Below, one piece after another: positions 1 to 17,742 of a DNA stretch of 64,000 nucleotides. Under the pieces are notes generated by a model. It searched no databases. It was not told the origin of the DNA and saw only the letters and a list, made by a program, of their open reading frames with translations. Origin of the DNA: Azolla caroliniana (lineage: Eukaryota > Plantae > Polypodiophyta); contig JBHGNT010000002.1 of NCBI GenBank assembly GCA_043228905.1, forward strand, positions 1,178,001-1,242,000, written 5' to 3'. Position 1 is the stretch's first letter. Each line of letters begins with the position of its first letter. The position numbers were made by a program, and so were the translations under genes.

Positions 1-678
1 CCAATTGAGTAGAAGTAGAGCATGGAGATTCCATGAACCTTACAAGATAGGGTTCCAAGTTTGTTGGAAACGAAAATGCCAATGTTAACCATGAGAGGAT
101 GATCGTTCAAGCCTTGCCATGAACTTGGCCTTGTCTTGTTCACAACGAATCTCGAGCTATTGCGAAGTAGGCGTCAAGTAAGGGTATGCAGCAATTTTAC
201 AACTCTTAATCTTCTAGACATCCCAAAATGTGTTCATGTTTTAGATGACTCTTTAAACAAAACAACCTGAAATAAATAAATAAAACAAAACAAAACGAAC
301 ATAAATAAAAATAATAAAAAACTAAAAGAAAAAACTTTTTAAAAAAACTAAAAATAAATAAATAAATAAAAGAAAAGAAAAAAACAAAGATAAATATGTA
401 ACTATAAAACTAAAATAAATAAATAAATAAAAACTAAAACTAAAAAAATAAAAAATAAAAATTGAAACAACAGAAAAAATGGAAAAAACGAAAATAAATT
501 TTTTTGAGAGATAGAGGTGTATTTCTTCCTCCTTTTCTTCTTCTTCTGCAGAGAGGCAGAGCTTGAAGCTTCAGAATTCAACAATTTTAGGGTTTACATA
601 TAGACAAGTAGACAGAGTGTGTGAGAGACAAAGAGAAGCTTCAGAAGTCGACGTTTTTTACTGCTTCTTGAGAGAGAG

Positions 679-3600
679 ATGCAGAATCTGCAGATCAGGT
701 CTCTCTCATTCGATCTTCTTTCCTTCCAGGCTCGCTCTCCATTTCAGGTGCTTGGTCTTTATCTTTATTTTATTTTGAAAATTTTAATTCCAAATTTTTT
801 TTACAAAAATTTATTTCTTCTTCTTCTCTTAAGGTCTCCTTCAAGATGCAAATATTTCCTTTCCTTTTTTTCTATAATTTTTGTTTTATCGTTCTAGTAT
901 TTTGTTTTTTATCCTTCTTCTACTTCTCTCATGTTCTGTTTCTTCAGGATATAAAGTTTTGCTGTTTCTTTAATATTAGTTAAAATTTGTGATATTTGCT
1001 ATTTAGTTCTGACATTTTTATTGTGCGTATATCTAGAGATATAAAGGGTTCCTGTTTTTTCAGTTCTTTTAGTTTTGGTTTTGTTTGTGTTAAAATCAAT
1101 ATGGGAGGCTATAAAGAATAATATTCACACAGGATTTGGGAAATTTAGTCTTCTCCAACCAAGAGTCACACCAAAATGAAAATATTGCTAGTCACAAGAT
1201 TTAATTACTAATTTCTCTATCATTAGAGAGCCGGCATTGCTGTGATTGGTTAGATCAAAATCTTAAGTTGTCACTTTTGCATCTAATTGGAAAGTTGGTT
1301 ATTTCCTAGTTGAGAGAATTGGAACCCTAATTGGCTAATTTTGCTCATAACTAGAATCAGAACTGTGTGCTTAAAATAACTTTTTGTGTGACTAGGGCGT
1401 CAAGTTTGGCAACCATATATAGGTAATGTTAAAAATAAGCAATGTTATATTTTGAAATTCTAATATGTATAAGCATATTTGGGAAAATTTCCCTTGTTTT
1501 TTCATGAGAACTTTTGCAAATAGAAAACTTACTACGAAAAAAAAGAAAAATTCTTGGCTTGATAGAGGCTGTGAAACTTTTCTAATTTTGTTTCTTCCTT
1601 TGTTAGGCCTTTTCACATGGTTATATCTGTTCTAAGAATGATGTTTCCTTAAGTGGAGATGTTCACATTTTCATTCGTGACCAGGGCTCATCCACTGCCA
1701 TTCAAAATCAGTTTCCAAAATCATGGAGAGGTATGTTGATTAAGAGCATTAACATTATGGAAGAGTCCGTTGATTTATTATTACTAATAAGATTGGTTAA
1801 ACACTTTATCTGCTAAAGTTTGATTCTTCGGATTGATATGGTTCCCATATAATAATAATTGGAAAAAGAGATATTAAGAACTTTAACATTAAGGAATAAC
1901 CCATTGATTTATTATTAGTACTTGGATTGGTAGATCAATTTTGGACACTTTATGGTAGTTGTTTCAGTTCTTGGTGAATCTCTAGAAGCGTGAGTTGAAT
2001 TTTGAGTATGTATTTGGTTTTTATACCAAAGGTTAATATAATCCCCATATTCCTAAGGATCGAAGATTCAATTCTTTTGCTCCAGTTAATTCTGAGTGCG
2101 TTTAAACAGTTGAAGTATTTATTTTTCTTGAATTGCATGCAGATTTATAGCTTTTGTATTTGGAAAATTGAATGCACGTGCATCATTTTAATTTTGAGAG
2201 CGTTTAAATATTCAAAGTTCTTATTTCTCTTGTGCTACATGTGGATTCATTGCTTTTAGATTTGAAGGTCTCCCTGTTGGTTTCATTATTTTAACTATTT
2301 CTTTTCATGCCATGTCGATTTCAAGAATTAATGTTCAAAGATCTGATATTCATGTTCTCTATCTTGATTTATAGCTATAACATTCGAAGACCTGGTGTTT
2401 CTTTGCTCCATTTTAATCCGGAGTTCTTAAAACTCAAAGATTTGATGTTCTTGTGGTCCATTTTGATTGATTGATTGTGTTGGTATTCCAAAAGTTTCTT
2501 CTCTTGTGCTTCCTGTTGATTGAGAGTGTTAACATTTGGATTACTATATTCTTTCTGGTCTTGTCATCAATTTTGCTGTTTTAAGATTCAAGTTCCTGTG
2601 CTTCTATCAAAATATACAGGTTCTCGTCAAGCTTTAGCAAGTCCCGAGGCATCGACTGAAGGAACTTTAGCTTTGACAGAGGAGAATGTTGAAGCAGTGC
2701 TGGATGAAGTTCGGCCATATTTAATGTCGGACGGTGGGAATGTAGAACTGTTTGAGATCGATGGGCTTGTGGTCAAGTTAAAGCTTAAAGGAGCTTGTGG
2801 GTCTTGCCCTAGTTCAATGACGACAATGAAAATGGGCATTGAACGCAAACTGATGGAGAAGATTCCAGAAATCCTTGGTGTAGAGCAAATCGCAGATGAG
2901 GAGACTGGCCTTGAATTGACAGAAGAAAACGTCGAGAAGGTAAGCTTTGACTATTATGTGTAAAATATACGATATGCAACAGTTATATATGTATAGTTGA
3001 GTTCATAGCTGAATATAGGTTGTATAGATGCAATATTAGCATGAATTGGATAAAGTTAATTGGGAGGACTTCAATGGGAAAAAATAAATAGTGCAAGAAA
3101 AAACCTATAATGATTCAATCGTATTTTAGAAACATATAAATGTATATCTGAGTTTTTAGTCACTTAAGACCTATGAAATGTCATGTCAATTTAACAAACA
3201 TATCAAAACTTCGAAGTTTATATTGCATAACCTTAAAGATAAAAAGGAAGTCCTTGAAAAAATATAAACCATAAACATAATAGAGTTTTGAAAAACCTTT
3301 TGACCTTTCTTAATTTGCTGGCTACCCTAACCCTAGTTTTAGGCCACCCTTTTTAGTTTAGTGGACATTATGTATTGAATAAATTTGGCCTATGCCTATT
3401 TCATTATGTAGAAATTTCTAGGCATTTCTTCTTTAACCTTCTTTGAAGAAAAATCCAAATAAGAACAAGCAAAAACAAGAATTATTAGAACTATGTTTAC
3501 TTGGCATGCCAGGTTCTTTCAGAAATTAGACCATATTTGAGTGGTACGGGTGGAGGAGAAATAGACTTGGAGAAGATAGATGGTCCAGTTGTGAAGGTAA

Positions 3601-3701
3601 GAATAAGCGGTCCTGCAGCCCAAGTAATGACCGTGCGAGTTGCTGTCACACAAAAGCTCCGGGAAAAGATACCAATGATTGCTGCTGTACAATTACTATA
3701 G
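679..3701 (+). CDS. NFU: Plastid NifU-like Fe-S cluster scaffold protein (NFU2/NFU3 type), 4 exons
   Basis: Exons 679-747, 1685-1730, 2620-2939 and 3513-3701 join in frame at GT-AG sites. Two NifU-C domains: [31 protein letters not shown]...GACGSCPSS (CxxC) and [15 protein letters not shown]...[12 protein letters not shown]. Exons 1-2 (transit-peptide-like) are less certain. Confidence 0.9.
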
Positions 3702-3797
3702 TGTGTCATTGGGTTATCTATGTAAATAAATAGTATTTTTTACAGTGTCATATGGTCTGCAATGTATGTTGCAACTTTAAGAGGAATCTTAAAAGTC

Positions 3798-4063
3798 GGC
3801 TATCTTTTGTCTCATTTTATAATTTTCAGTGATGCTAGAACAATAAAGCTTTTCTTTTGCTGATATACTTATACATATGTTTCAATTGGCATTCAGGCCA
3901 CTATTCTGAAGAGACTAGCAACCTTGAGATACATCAAGAAAAATCTCAGTTTGTTTTTGGCTATCTTTTGTATCATTATATAATTTTCAGTGATGCTAGA
4001 ACAATAAAACTATTCTTAAGAGACTGCTAACCTTGAGATACATCAAGAAAAATCTCAGTTTGT
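3798..4063 (+). repeat. Tandem duplication in NFU 3' region including AATAAA
   Basis: ggctatcttttgt..ataattttcagtgatgctagaacaataaa and accttgagatacatcaagaaaaatctcagtttgt each occur twice (~3798 and ~3959; ~3920 and ~4030). Confidence 0.8.
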
Positions 4064-5314
4064 ATTTCTTAGAGAAAACTGTTTCGTGTTGTAACTTACA
4101 AAATGATCTTAAAATGATGCCATCGTTTATATCAATTTATTGTGTTTTCAGCACTTGTATCTATGACTTGAAGCACAAATAAAAGAGTTGGAAGGTATAT
4201 TATTGTATCTGTTTATTATGCAATTCAATTTTCTTTCTTTCCAGTCTTCTGAATTATTTTCCATTGAGGTAGGCTTAGAGTTATATGGCCATGATAAAAC
4301 AGCCTAGATTTGTGAGCAAATGATAGGGGGTAGGAACCCTCTAAATTGGTGATACAAATACATAAAAGGTAAATGCTAGTGATTTGGTGATACACTTACA
4401 TAAAAGTACATGGCATGAAATTCCCTTCTCTTAGGTAACGGAGATTCCATCTAAATGGAAAGTAATTTGATCATGTGCGTTCATTTGGAACAAAGAAAAG
4501 TCTAAATAGTGATGGAATTGGGTCTTAACCATTATTTATGCTTGTGGGTGGAACACTGTTAGAAATTCTTACAGTATCTTGCTCGGTTTCTAACGCTAGA
4601 AGTGGTTAAGTTCAAGATGAACTAAATAGAATCAAAGAACTTAGAGAATGCTATATATATATATATATATATATATAATACATACATGCATATAGTATGT
4701 TTACACACACCCACACACACATCTATATGTATACACATCCATCCATCCACACTTACTTACATAGTTGCATACTTACATACATACATATATAGATTGTTAT
4801 TGTATGTATTATTGCTGGTTACAATGCACAAGTAATTTTTTATTGGATGGAACACGAAAGAGATTTTGGAAGCTCAAAACCTCCAATAGGCATCATGGTA
4901 TACACCTTTGTGCGTTCGCCATTCACCAAAGCATTACGCATGTCTGGTGGGAAGCATATCTATTCTAGAACCCATAGTACGTAAACCAGAAGGAGATCGA
5001 GTGGCAATAGGGTGATTTTTGTGTGCTTGATTTATTACGGATGTAGATGAAGCCTGAAGGCATCCTAAAGTATCTTGATTAGGTTATTCATGATGGCACA
5101 AGTTTGGGCTTAAATTCAATGGCAAAACATTGTCTCTTACATACATAGATGCATACATAGATATTATACAGACATACTGTATACATACATACATACATAC
5201 ATATTATGCAGACATACTGTATACATACTGTATGCATACCAAATATATATATATATATATATATATAATAAGAAGACATACATAGATGAAGAACAGAGGA
5301 GGGAGAGAGGTAGG

Positions 5315-7282
5315 ATGGGGAAGGGACCCCTTCTTTGCTTGGCTGATTTGATGGAGGATCTCGCAGAGGAAGGGAGAGATAGAGAGGAGCCACTGTTAGC
5401 CGTTTCTTCAACCCCTCATGACCAACTGTCATCTGTTTCAATTGCAGGTATTTTCTTCCTCTTCCACTTCCTCTCCCTCTCTCTGTTTCCCCTTTCCCCG
5501 CTTGAAAATGCTTCTTTATTTGTAATTTTCTGATATTGTAGAATGGTGTTTTGTTTCTAAATGGTGATAGAGCGAGAGAGGATTCACTAAATCCGTCCAA
5601 GTTTGAAATGGCTGTGTCAACTGTTTGGAGAGCGTGAATTCATTCGTTCCACACACCAATGTGGCATGTAATTTAGGAGAAGGGATATATTGTGTAACAA
5701 AGATGTATGAAAGTCAGGATTTGAACACACAACCTCCTGTTGATGGCCTAATAGCTTATCAGTAGGGTAAGCTCATTGAGAGAGAGAGAGAGAGGATCTA
5801 ACTTCCATTGCTGGGGTGTAAGCCATCAACACAACATCAAGAAAGAAAGAAATGAAGGGATATGTTAATGTCTACTAAAGGCCGAAATCCGCCTATGAGA
5901 CAAAACATTATTCAAAATCGAGTGACTTCAGGTTATCCATAATGAAACAAAGTTAAAAGCACTAGTTGTTCTAAAGATACATGATAATATCTTGATTCTG
6001 AGGTGGCTTTACACTCAGGAATGATTATCAAGAGAGATTAACAGTCTTAAAAGTGGCAAAAATGATCTATGAGATCCACAATGCCATAAAATCATGATAC
6101 CATATGATACGTCATCAAGGCTCGGACATGTGAACCATAAACCATAAAATCATCTACTGAAAAAAAGAAAAAGCTTAACGAGGCTATCAAAGAGATGTGA
6201 AAACAGAGCTTGCAAATACACAGCTCAGACCATGAGAGAGTGTATGTCCATGTAACATCATCTAACTAGAAAGCCTTCTTCGCCAATGTCTGAAAATGGT
6301 CTCTATAGATTGCCATTTTTGTTCCCTGGGGTTTCATCTGATTAATCTCAAACTTTGAGGTTTCCAATCTAATAAGACATTGCCTAATCACTATGTTTCT
6401 CTGACGACAGGTAAATGAGTAAGAGGATGTTTTTAACCATATATATTGTTTCAATTCCTTCTCCTGTGATGGAGTGTTTGTATGATTTTACAGCAATACA
6501 ATAATTCTATTTCTTTGGCAGCAAGAGACGACTTAATGTTTTAGGATAGTGTAATGCGTTGCATATTAAAACTTCATATTATACAATCCTAAGTTCCATT
6601 GCGTGATGGACACCTTGTTGATTTACTTTTTGTTTCATTAAAGATATGGAACTAGGGCATATTTATTATATTTGTCTTATTAGTGTCAATATGATTTCAG
6701 GTTCATTTCCTACCACTGAAAACTTGGAAGAAGCCTTTGAGGTGAGATTAATAGTTTTTTGGGAGGGATTGCAGTTATAGTTTTCAGATTCTACAGGATA
6801 ATAAAGCAATCCCTGTGCATTTTTATTTGTTGGAGCACAAGCATTCACTACATCTAATTATATATGAGCACGTGGGGGATGAGGCTAACACTTCACAGCT
6901 TTTCATGTTGCAATTTAAGTCCATTTTGATTTAATTTAGATTAAATGATTCATATAGAGGACATACATGGAGTTGGACTTGGCATTGAAGACTTCAGGTC
7001 ACTCTTGGACTCGTTTAACACAAGAAGTAAGCACCCTAAGTTGTGAAAACTAGTTTTCAATCATTACAATTGTTTTTCACTTTAACTCTTTTGATTCGGT
7101 TTTTTATGTGAACATAGCTGTACACAGCCCTTACATTGGCGAGTCAAGTTGTAACAAAAGTAAACTCAAATCTCAAAGTCTTAGCAGAAAGGATTATTGG
7201 CCTAAAGCTAGTTTTAGAACGAAGTGATTCAGTTACTGCAAATCTTCAAGATGTTCTTCAATCAACTGGTGGAAAAAATTGA
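5315..7282 (+). CDS. Uncharacterised small protein (~135 aa), 4 exons
   Basis: Exons 5315-5447, 6701-6741, 6958-7026 and 7118-7282 have canonical splice sites and consistent phase: MGKGPLLCLADLMEDL...GSFPTTENLEEAFE-RTYMELDLALKTSGHSWTRLTQE-LYTALTLASQVVTKVNSNLKVLAERIIGLKLVLERSDS...KN*. C-terminal part is heptad/helical-like. Confidence 0.75.
5710..5780 (-). mobile_element. Degenerate tRNA-derived SINE head
   Basis: Minus strand has B-box-like GTGTTCAAATCC (5717-5728) about 50 nt downstream of a weak A-box-like segment; next to a (GA)n tract in intron 1 of the unknown gene. Confidence 0.35.
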
Positions 7283-7451
7283 AATATCTGGTTTCTCAGA
7301 TTTGAATATACCGACAACACTACCTATAACACAAGATATAGTTAATGGGACACACACTGCTCAAATTCAGCCTCTTGTAAATGTTAACATATATTTCTTT
7401 TCTCTATGGTTTCTCTATGGTCCATGTTTTTGCAAGAGATACGTGGTTGAC

Positions 7452-7880
7452 TATTAAGAATCATGGTACAAAAGGTAGAAATTAGTGATATCCTCCAATC
7501 TTTTTTATCATCTCAGTCTCTTGTGACAGCATATTCTGCCCATTTAAATCTCAATAGATCGTGCTTTATGTGGTTGGCTATATATTATTAAGAATCCTGC
7601 TACAATGGGGCCTAAAAATAGTAGAAATTACTGATATCCTCCAAGCTTTGATATCAGCTCGGTCTCTTGTGACAGCAATTTGCTGGCCATTTAAAAGTTA
7701 TATGGATGTTAACTTAATGGATCGAACAAAATGTGGTTGGCAATATATTATTAAGAATCATGGTACAAAAGGGCCTAAATAGTAGAAATTCTGATAGATG
7801 TCCTCCAAGCTTCCTTATCATCTTGGTCTCGTGACAGCAATATTCTGCCCATTTAAAAGTTTGATGGATGTCAACTTAAA
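7452..7880. repeat. Three-copy ~145-bp degenerate tandem repeat
   Basis: tattaagaatc..tacaa..gtagaaatt..tcctccaa..gtgacagc..cccatttaaa recurs at ~7452, ~7586 and ~7748. Confidence 0.8.
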
Positions 7881-8866
7881 AGTTCATATACTTTCATAGA
7901 TACTTATTATCCATGCACATATTGCCAACATTTACCTTTAACGAAGAGATTATTTGGTCAACATATTGTATGCCATCTCCTTGCACTATATGATTATGAG
8001 GGCAACAGCTGGATGACCTATGAGGATCCATTACTGGTCAGAAAGTAATGTGTACTTAATTGCTAACTCTCTTCTGTAACCCCAAGCTTTTGGAAATTTT
8101 GAATACTTGATTGATGGCGTCTATAGTTTATGATTTTGCAGTTACAGGAAGTTTTGGTGTACAAATATATAATGCCTTTGATCTTTTCATGTTGCAACAA
8201 AATGTGTCTTTGTGCAGATATTGAACTTGAATTGGAATAGGCTTACAATGGAATAATATTACTATTGGAAGGCATAATTTCCATGTACTGGTAGGACCAT
8301 CATGTATGATATTGTGTGGTTTGTAGTTACTCAATAAAACAGAAAGGTTTACATTATATGAACGGAATTTTTTACTGAAATTATTCTTCGAATCATTATT
8401 TTAACAGGCTTACAGTGACTTGTCTCATTATAACGGTAGGGTCATCATTATACCATTGAATGACTTGTAGTCACTTCATACAACACTTGAGTGTTACTTG
8501 ACTGGAATTTGCTTTACTGGAATTATTCTTTGAATCAGTTTAACAAATCAACACTGACATGATGCAAACCATATTTTAAAATATGTTATGATTCAGAGAT
8601 ATTAAATATCAAAAATTAAACCTTAAATCTTTAAGCAATGGAAATTGGGATATACACATGGCATGATGACTGCAAATGTAATAACGCAATGATTGGATGT
8701 AATCATTATTACAGCAATGCACAGAATATTATTCTGACGGGTTGAACTTAAAGAAAAGACCTCATGGAAGGCCATATACAATTGTTGTACACAATTTGGA
8801 GATTATTCTCACTAGCACAAAAATGGGTGGCCACTTCTTCTAAACAAAGCCAGTCCTTTTTCTCCC

Positions 8867-12253
<3,387 letters not shown>

Positions 12254-12498
12254 AGCTTAGAGATCTTAATTACTCTGTTTTTCCTCCTTTCTTTTTCTAT
12301 TCTATTCTTTTCTTGGGCTATATAGCCTTAGGTGTCCCACATACGTACATACATAATAATACACACACAATATACATATATATACATAATAATATAATGT
12401 AGTAGTAATAGTGGTGATGATGATGATATGTATGTGTGTGTAAGAAGTTATCTCATATTATATATGGGAGTGTGCTTGTTGCTAGTTGAGTGAAGATA

Positions 12499-12499
<1 letters not shown>

Positions 12500-12541
<42 letters not shown>

Positions 12542-12714
12542 CTTCTATTTTGCTAAGCTCATACTAAACATGCCAAAAAAATGAATGTGTATGTGAGCTT
12601 CAATGCTTAAGTTGCCTCCGTTGAACAGACAGAGATGGGCTGAAGTCTTTGGTATCACCCTCGTTGATCAAATGTCATCCCTTGCAACCGGAATTACCAT
12701 ACCAAAAGTGGTGG

Positions 12715-12752
<38 letters not shown>
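12500..12752. repeat. (GT)n and (GA)n microsatellites upstream of RPI
   Basis: (GT)~20 at ~12501-12540 and (GA)~16 at ~12721-12752. Confidence 0.95.
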
Positions 12753-12754
<2 letters not shown>

Positions 12755-13530
12755 GATTGCGGTCAATGATTGAGGGGCTTATACCCATGGCAAGGATCAA
12801 ACTTGGGTTCTCTCCATTTTATGAATCAGAACTTTCCTCTGCTTCACACATGCCATATCATGATTTCCACCCCCGTCGAACTTATAGATCCTCCTAGATG
12901 TACCACGAAAGGTGGTCATAGATTAGGGGGTGAGCTTGCCTTTAATAGATGTCAGCTTATATATTATTGTTTTGAGAGTAATCAATTCATACTTGCTTGT
13001 CTTGCCAACAAAAGGGTAGACGATGATTTGTTCATCGCACATTAACTGCGAGGTGATTCTGATGAAGAACATTGAGCAAAAAGTAGCTTTTAGCAAGAAC
13101 ACCAAAAGATGCGTGACATCTTTGGCATTGATATTAAGGACTAGAACCACATTAATTATCATTAAGCATGACATAACTACCCGTTAGTGCTAATTGGTAG
13201 TTAAGCATCATGAATATATTCTCTTACCAAGACTTTCTAGTCCAAAGAATATGGAAACCATTTAAGAGTTTCAATTGTACCACAGAAAAGTTTTCATAAA
13301 ATCTCTTTGATAATCATTCAAACACTAAAAAACTCCAAATCTATGGAAAAGTGAACTTCTCTCATTTGTGAAGGTAACTCAAAAAAACTCAACTATATCC
13401 ATCACCTAGAGTCACAAACATCAACCTTCTCGAGGATAAGTGATTCCCTCCCATTGTGTAGAGGTAGCTTATAAAAACTAAATAGCAACCATCATGTGGA
13501 GCTATAAACAAGTTCAATGGTAGTAGTGAG

Positions 13531-16100
13531 TGTTGAAAGCGGCCATCTTATGCGGAACAATCTCAACACTCTTCTGATGGAAGATCTTCAACAAGTGTAC
13601 AAAGAAAACATATTGATAAGAATGAGCAACTAGATCATAAGACAAGATCAACGATGGAACAAGGAGAAGAGAAATAGTGAAGGCACAAGACAAGATGTAA
13701 TTGTATTATTCAAAAACATAATTACAAAACAAATGGCGGCAACAACCCCATAAACTAGGTTACAAAGCCTGTTATATACTAACTAGGCTACAACAATTGC
13801 TCTCAAACTATCGATGTTGATTGTCTGAAACCATCTTGAGTGTCTGACGCAATCAGACTGATTCTTCATTACGCCCATCTAGTGTCGAAGGCATCAGAAT
13901 CGATCCGCCAAAAGGCATTTGGTCATCCTATCTACAACATTGTCGGTTGTAGGTATTTTCTCAAGGTTGATTTTCCCTAAAACGACATAGTCCCGAACAA
14001 AGTGATTTGTCACATCGATGTGCTTTGAGGCGTTGTGCTAAACCTGATTTTTCGATAGAGCGAACACACCCTAACTGTCATTGTAGACAACTAGAGTTGA
14101 GTCGGATTCAACTTGTCGAAACATGCAAGATAGCCGACCGAGCCCTAATTCCTCTTTTGCCGCATTAGATGTGGTTGTGTATTTGGCCTCGGTCCTTGAT
14201 GTAGCAATATACTCCTGAAGTTTCAACTTCCATGAAATTGCTCCATTGCCGAATTTAAAGCAATATCCGGTTGTCGACTTTCGGTTGTCCATGCAACCGG
14301 CAAAGTCCGAGTCAGTGTAGCCGACTACGTGTGAAGTGTTGTTTGGGTCGAATAGGATGCCATAGTCTTTTGTGACCACCAAATATCTAAACACATGCTT
14401 TATTGTGTTCCAATGCGATCGGTTGGGATTGTGCATAAATTTGTTTCCGACACCAACAACGTGAGCAATGTCAAGTCGTGTCACGACCATCACGTACATA
14501 AATGAGCTAACTGTCGATGCATACGGTATTGACTTCATAACTTCTCCCTCTGGACTGGATATCGGGTAGTCTTGTTGAGATAGCCGAAGATTAATGGTTA
14601 GTAGGGTCGAAGTAGATTTGGTTGATTGCATGTTGAAGTGTTCTAAGACATGTCTAATATGGGCCGCTTGAGACAGGAACAATTGTCGTCAAGTTCGAAG
14701 TCGACTTATCTTCATCCCTAAAATGTGTCTTGCAAGACTAAGGTCCTTCATGGCAAACTTCAACCGTTATTGCCGAACGAGTTCGGCTAGGTCTCCGGCA
14801 TGTCAACCGGAGAGTAGCGTGTCGTCCATGTAGATGATGAGGAAGATGGGAAACCCATCTTGAGTTGTTTTGGTGAAGACGTTGATTGATTGGATAAAGT
14901 TGTCGAACTTCTTGTACCATTGTCTTGTTGCCTGTTTTAGGCCATATAACCACTTCTTAAGTCAGTAGACTAGATGTTCCTGGCCAGATGCCACAAAGCC
15001 TTTCAACTACTCCATATAAATTTCCTCCTCTAGGTCACTATGAAGGAATGTCGTATTTACAACTACATGGATCAACTCCAAGTCCTCAGCTGCCACGACA
15101 TCGAGCATGAAGCGAAGGGTCGTCATTTTCACCACTAGTGAGAAGATCTCGTCGAAGTTGACGCCATATTCCTGTCAGAAATCCTTTGCTACTAATCTGG
15201 CCTTGAATTTTGGGTTGGTCGAATATGACGTCTCTTTTAATTTGTAGACCCACTTGTAGGGAAGAGCACGTCAATTTTTCGGTAGTTCAACCAAGTCCCA
15301 AGTCTTGTTTGTCCGAATGGAGTTCATTTCTGACTCCATTACTAGATGGCCTGTGGCCAAATCGGTTGATGTCGATGCTTCTTTGTATGACGTCGGTTCG
15401 CCAGTGTCCGCGAAGAAGACTCTGGGAGAGTACCTCTCTGGGGGCTACAACCATCTCGGATCTTCAAGGTATGGCTCAACTAGTCGCATCAGGTGTTTGA
15501 GTCGGATGGTCCAAAGCCAAATCGTTCGGTTGTGCTAAGTTGGTCAGTGCCGAGTCTGTGCTAGAGGATTCGACTACCCATGAAGCCGACCTCGTGTTAT
15601 GGGTTGGGTCATCATGAAGGGTCTTCACTTCGGAAAAGGTTACCCTTCAGACTTCAATAGGCCTTTTGACCGACTTATGCATAGCCGACTCATTGAACAC
15701 TACATCCGAACTTCGGACGATCTGTCTGTGCTCAAGGGCCCAGTGTTGGTACCCAATCTCGTCGTCTGGTCCGTAACCGAGTAAAAGGCATTTCGTGGAC
15801 CTTGGTTCAATTTTATGGCGGTCGTCTTTCGGTATAAGGGCGTACGCCTCGCATTCGAAAATCCTCAGCTTGTCATAATTCTGCTTGTTGCCGGTCCATA
15901 ATTCCTAAGATATTCTAAGTCATTGAGGCCTACTCGGCGACATATTGATTATGTGTACTGTCGTAAGTAAGGTATCCACCCATAAGCCATCCGACAATTT
16001 GGAGTGTTGGAGCTTGGATACTATCCTTTCTTGAATTGTCTTATTCATCTGCCCAGGAATTCAATTCCATCTGTTCTTGAAACTAGTTTCCTCAAACCAA
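13531..16100 (-). mobile_element. Decayed Ty1/Copia retrotransposon fragment A (partial integrase, RT, RNase H, putative 3' LTR)
   Basis: ORF 14071-14682 has PYASTVSSFMYVMVVTRLDIAHVVG and VVGYTDSDFAGCMDNRKSTTGY. Further RT and integrase remnants to ~16050 carry stops and frameshifts. Putative LTR TGTTG...CAACA at 13531-13795. Confidence 0.85.
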
Positions 16101-16892
16101 GTTTCCTTAAAAGAGATAATCCTCAAAATGGGGATTGTAAAAATGTTGGGGACAAGGTCGTCAATGCGGAAGTGCAAGCTGCATTCATGATGACGAAGAA
16201 CCTGTGTATGCGCATAAGCAAGATAGACAGAGAGAGAGAGAGATAGGCACAAAGAAAATGAAATATTCCAATAGCAACAGTTACAAAGAATGACAACCAA
16301 CCTTTACTAAAGGTTACAAAGTCACTTTATATAGTGACTAGCCTAGGGCAACTGCCCTTTATGCTATTTACAGAAATAGCCCAAACTTGGGTTGTCCAAA
16401 GGGATAGTGTGAATACGGCCATTATACACTCGTATTCGACACTCCCCCATAATGGGCGTATACATGGGTTATCTAAAAAATTACAGGTATATACAAGGTT
16501 TATCGGACAGATCGATTTTGTTAGAGTCGGCAAGATCCGAAGACAGAAGACCGAACGGGTCGGGTCGGAAGAGCTGAAGCCGATCCTCAAAGAACCGATG
16601 TCTGTTGTCCGAAACCGTCCTGTGCTATGTGTCCGACTTTAACCGGACTGATTTTTCGTTACGCCCATCTGGTGCCGAAGGGACCGGAAACGATCCGCCG
16701 AAAGACACTTGGTCATACCATCTGCAACATTATCGGTTGTGGATATTTTCTCGAGACCGATTTTCCCTGAAATGACGCAGTCCCAAACGAAGTTATATCA
16801 AACGTCGATATGCTTGGAGGCGTTGTGGTGAACTAGATTCTTTGACAAAGCAACAACACCCTAACTATCATTGTAGACAACTAGAGCCGAGT

Positions 16893-17347
16893 TGTTACGG
16901 GCATGACCATTTTATATCCCGTGGTGAGAATTTACCGTAGTATTCTATACACGTGGATAAGTGTGAGGGTTAAACGAGAGTGTAAAGAAGGGGAGGATTA
17001 CTTTTAATCCTCGGGATTGAGACAACCCATTAGGTCAAGTGTGAACTTGCCTGGGGGCCTTGGGTATCGCTATAAATAAGAGGCCTAGCTACCCTCATTT
17101 GATCATCTTTTGACTACATCGAGACTCTGCTCTTGTGGTGGGTCAACTCTTGTAGCGAGCGCGCCAGCACCAGGTACGACTCGACGCCACGGCGGTGGTA
17201 TGGGACGCCGATCGAGGCTCGAGTCCGTCTCGATCCCTTCGCTCGGGGGTGGTCGAGTGGATCGGCACCCTTCTTTCTCTTTCTCCTTTCTATATATCAT
17301 TTGTTTATCCTTATCTTAAGCTTACTTTAGTACTTAGATCTCTAATA
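16893..17347. mobile_element. Solo LTR (455 bp) inserted in Copia B RNase H
   Basis: Termini TGTTA...TAATA; perfect 5-bp TSD CGAGT (16888-16892 and 17348-17352); TATA-like ctataaata at ~17070; host sequence resumes collinearly. Confidence 0.85.
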
Positions 17348-17742
17348 CGAGTCAAGGTCGACTTGTAGAAACGTGTGCGCCAGCCGACCGAGCCATAAAG
17401 CTTCTTTTGCCGCGTCGGACACAACTACATATTCCGCGTCGGACACAGCTACATATTCCGCGTCGGTTGTTGAGGTGGTTGTGCACTCCTGAAGTTTCGA
17501 CCTCCACGAGATTGCTCCATTGCCGAAGTTGAAACAATATCTGGTTGTTGATTTCCGACTGTCCACGCAGCCGGCGAAGTCCGAGTCGGTGTAACCGACT
17601 ACGCCTAAAGTTGAGTTCGGGCCAAAAAGAATGTCGTGGTCTTTTGTGCCAGCTAGATATCTGAACACATGCTTGACTACGTTCTAGTACGATCGGCCGG
17701 GGTTGGGCATGAATTTGCTGATGCCTCCTACGGCGTGACAGA

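Noticed and set aside
5088-5600. 170-aa minus-strand ORF
   Set aside because: Made of (TA)n/(CATA)n microsatellites and the antisense of exon 1 of the plus-strand gene.
16110-16140. Plus-strand PPT-like aaaatggggat before TGT, suggesting a Gypsy 3' end
   Set aside because: The LTR at 16136-16441 is better explained as the 3' LTR of minus-strand Copia B, whose PPT and RNase H lie on its other side.
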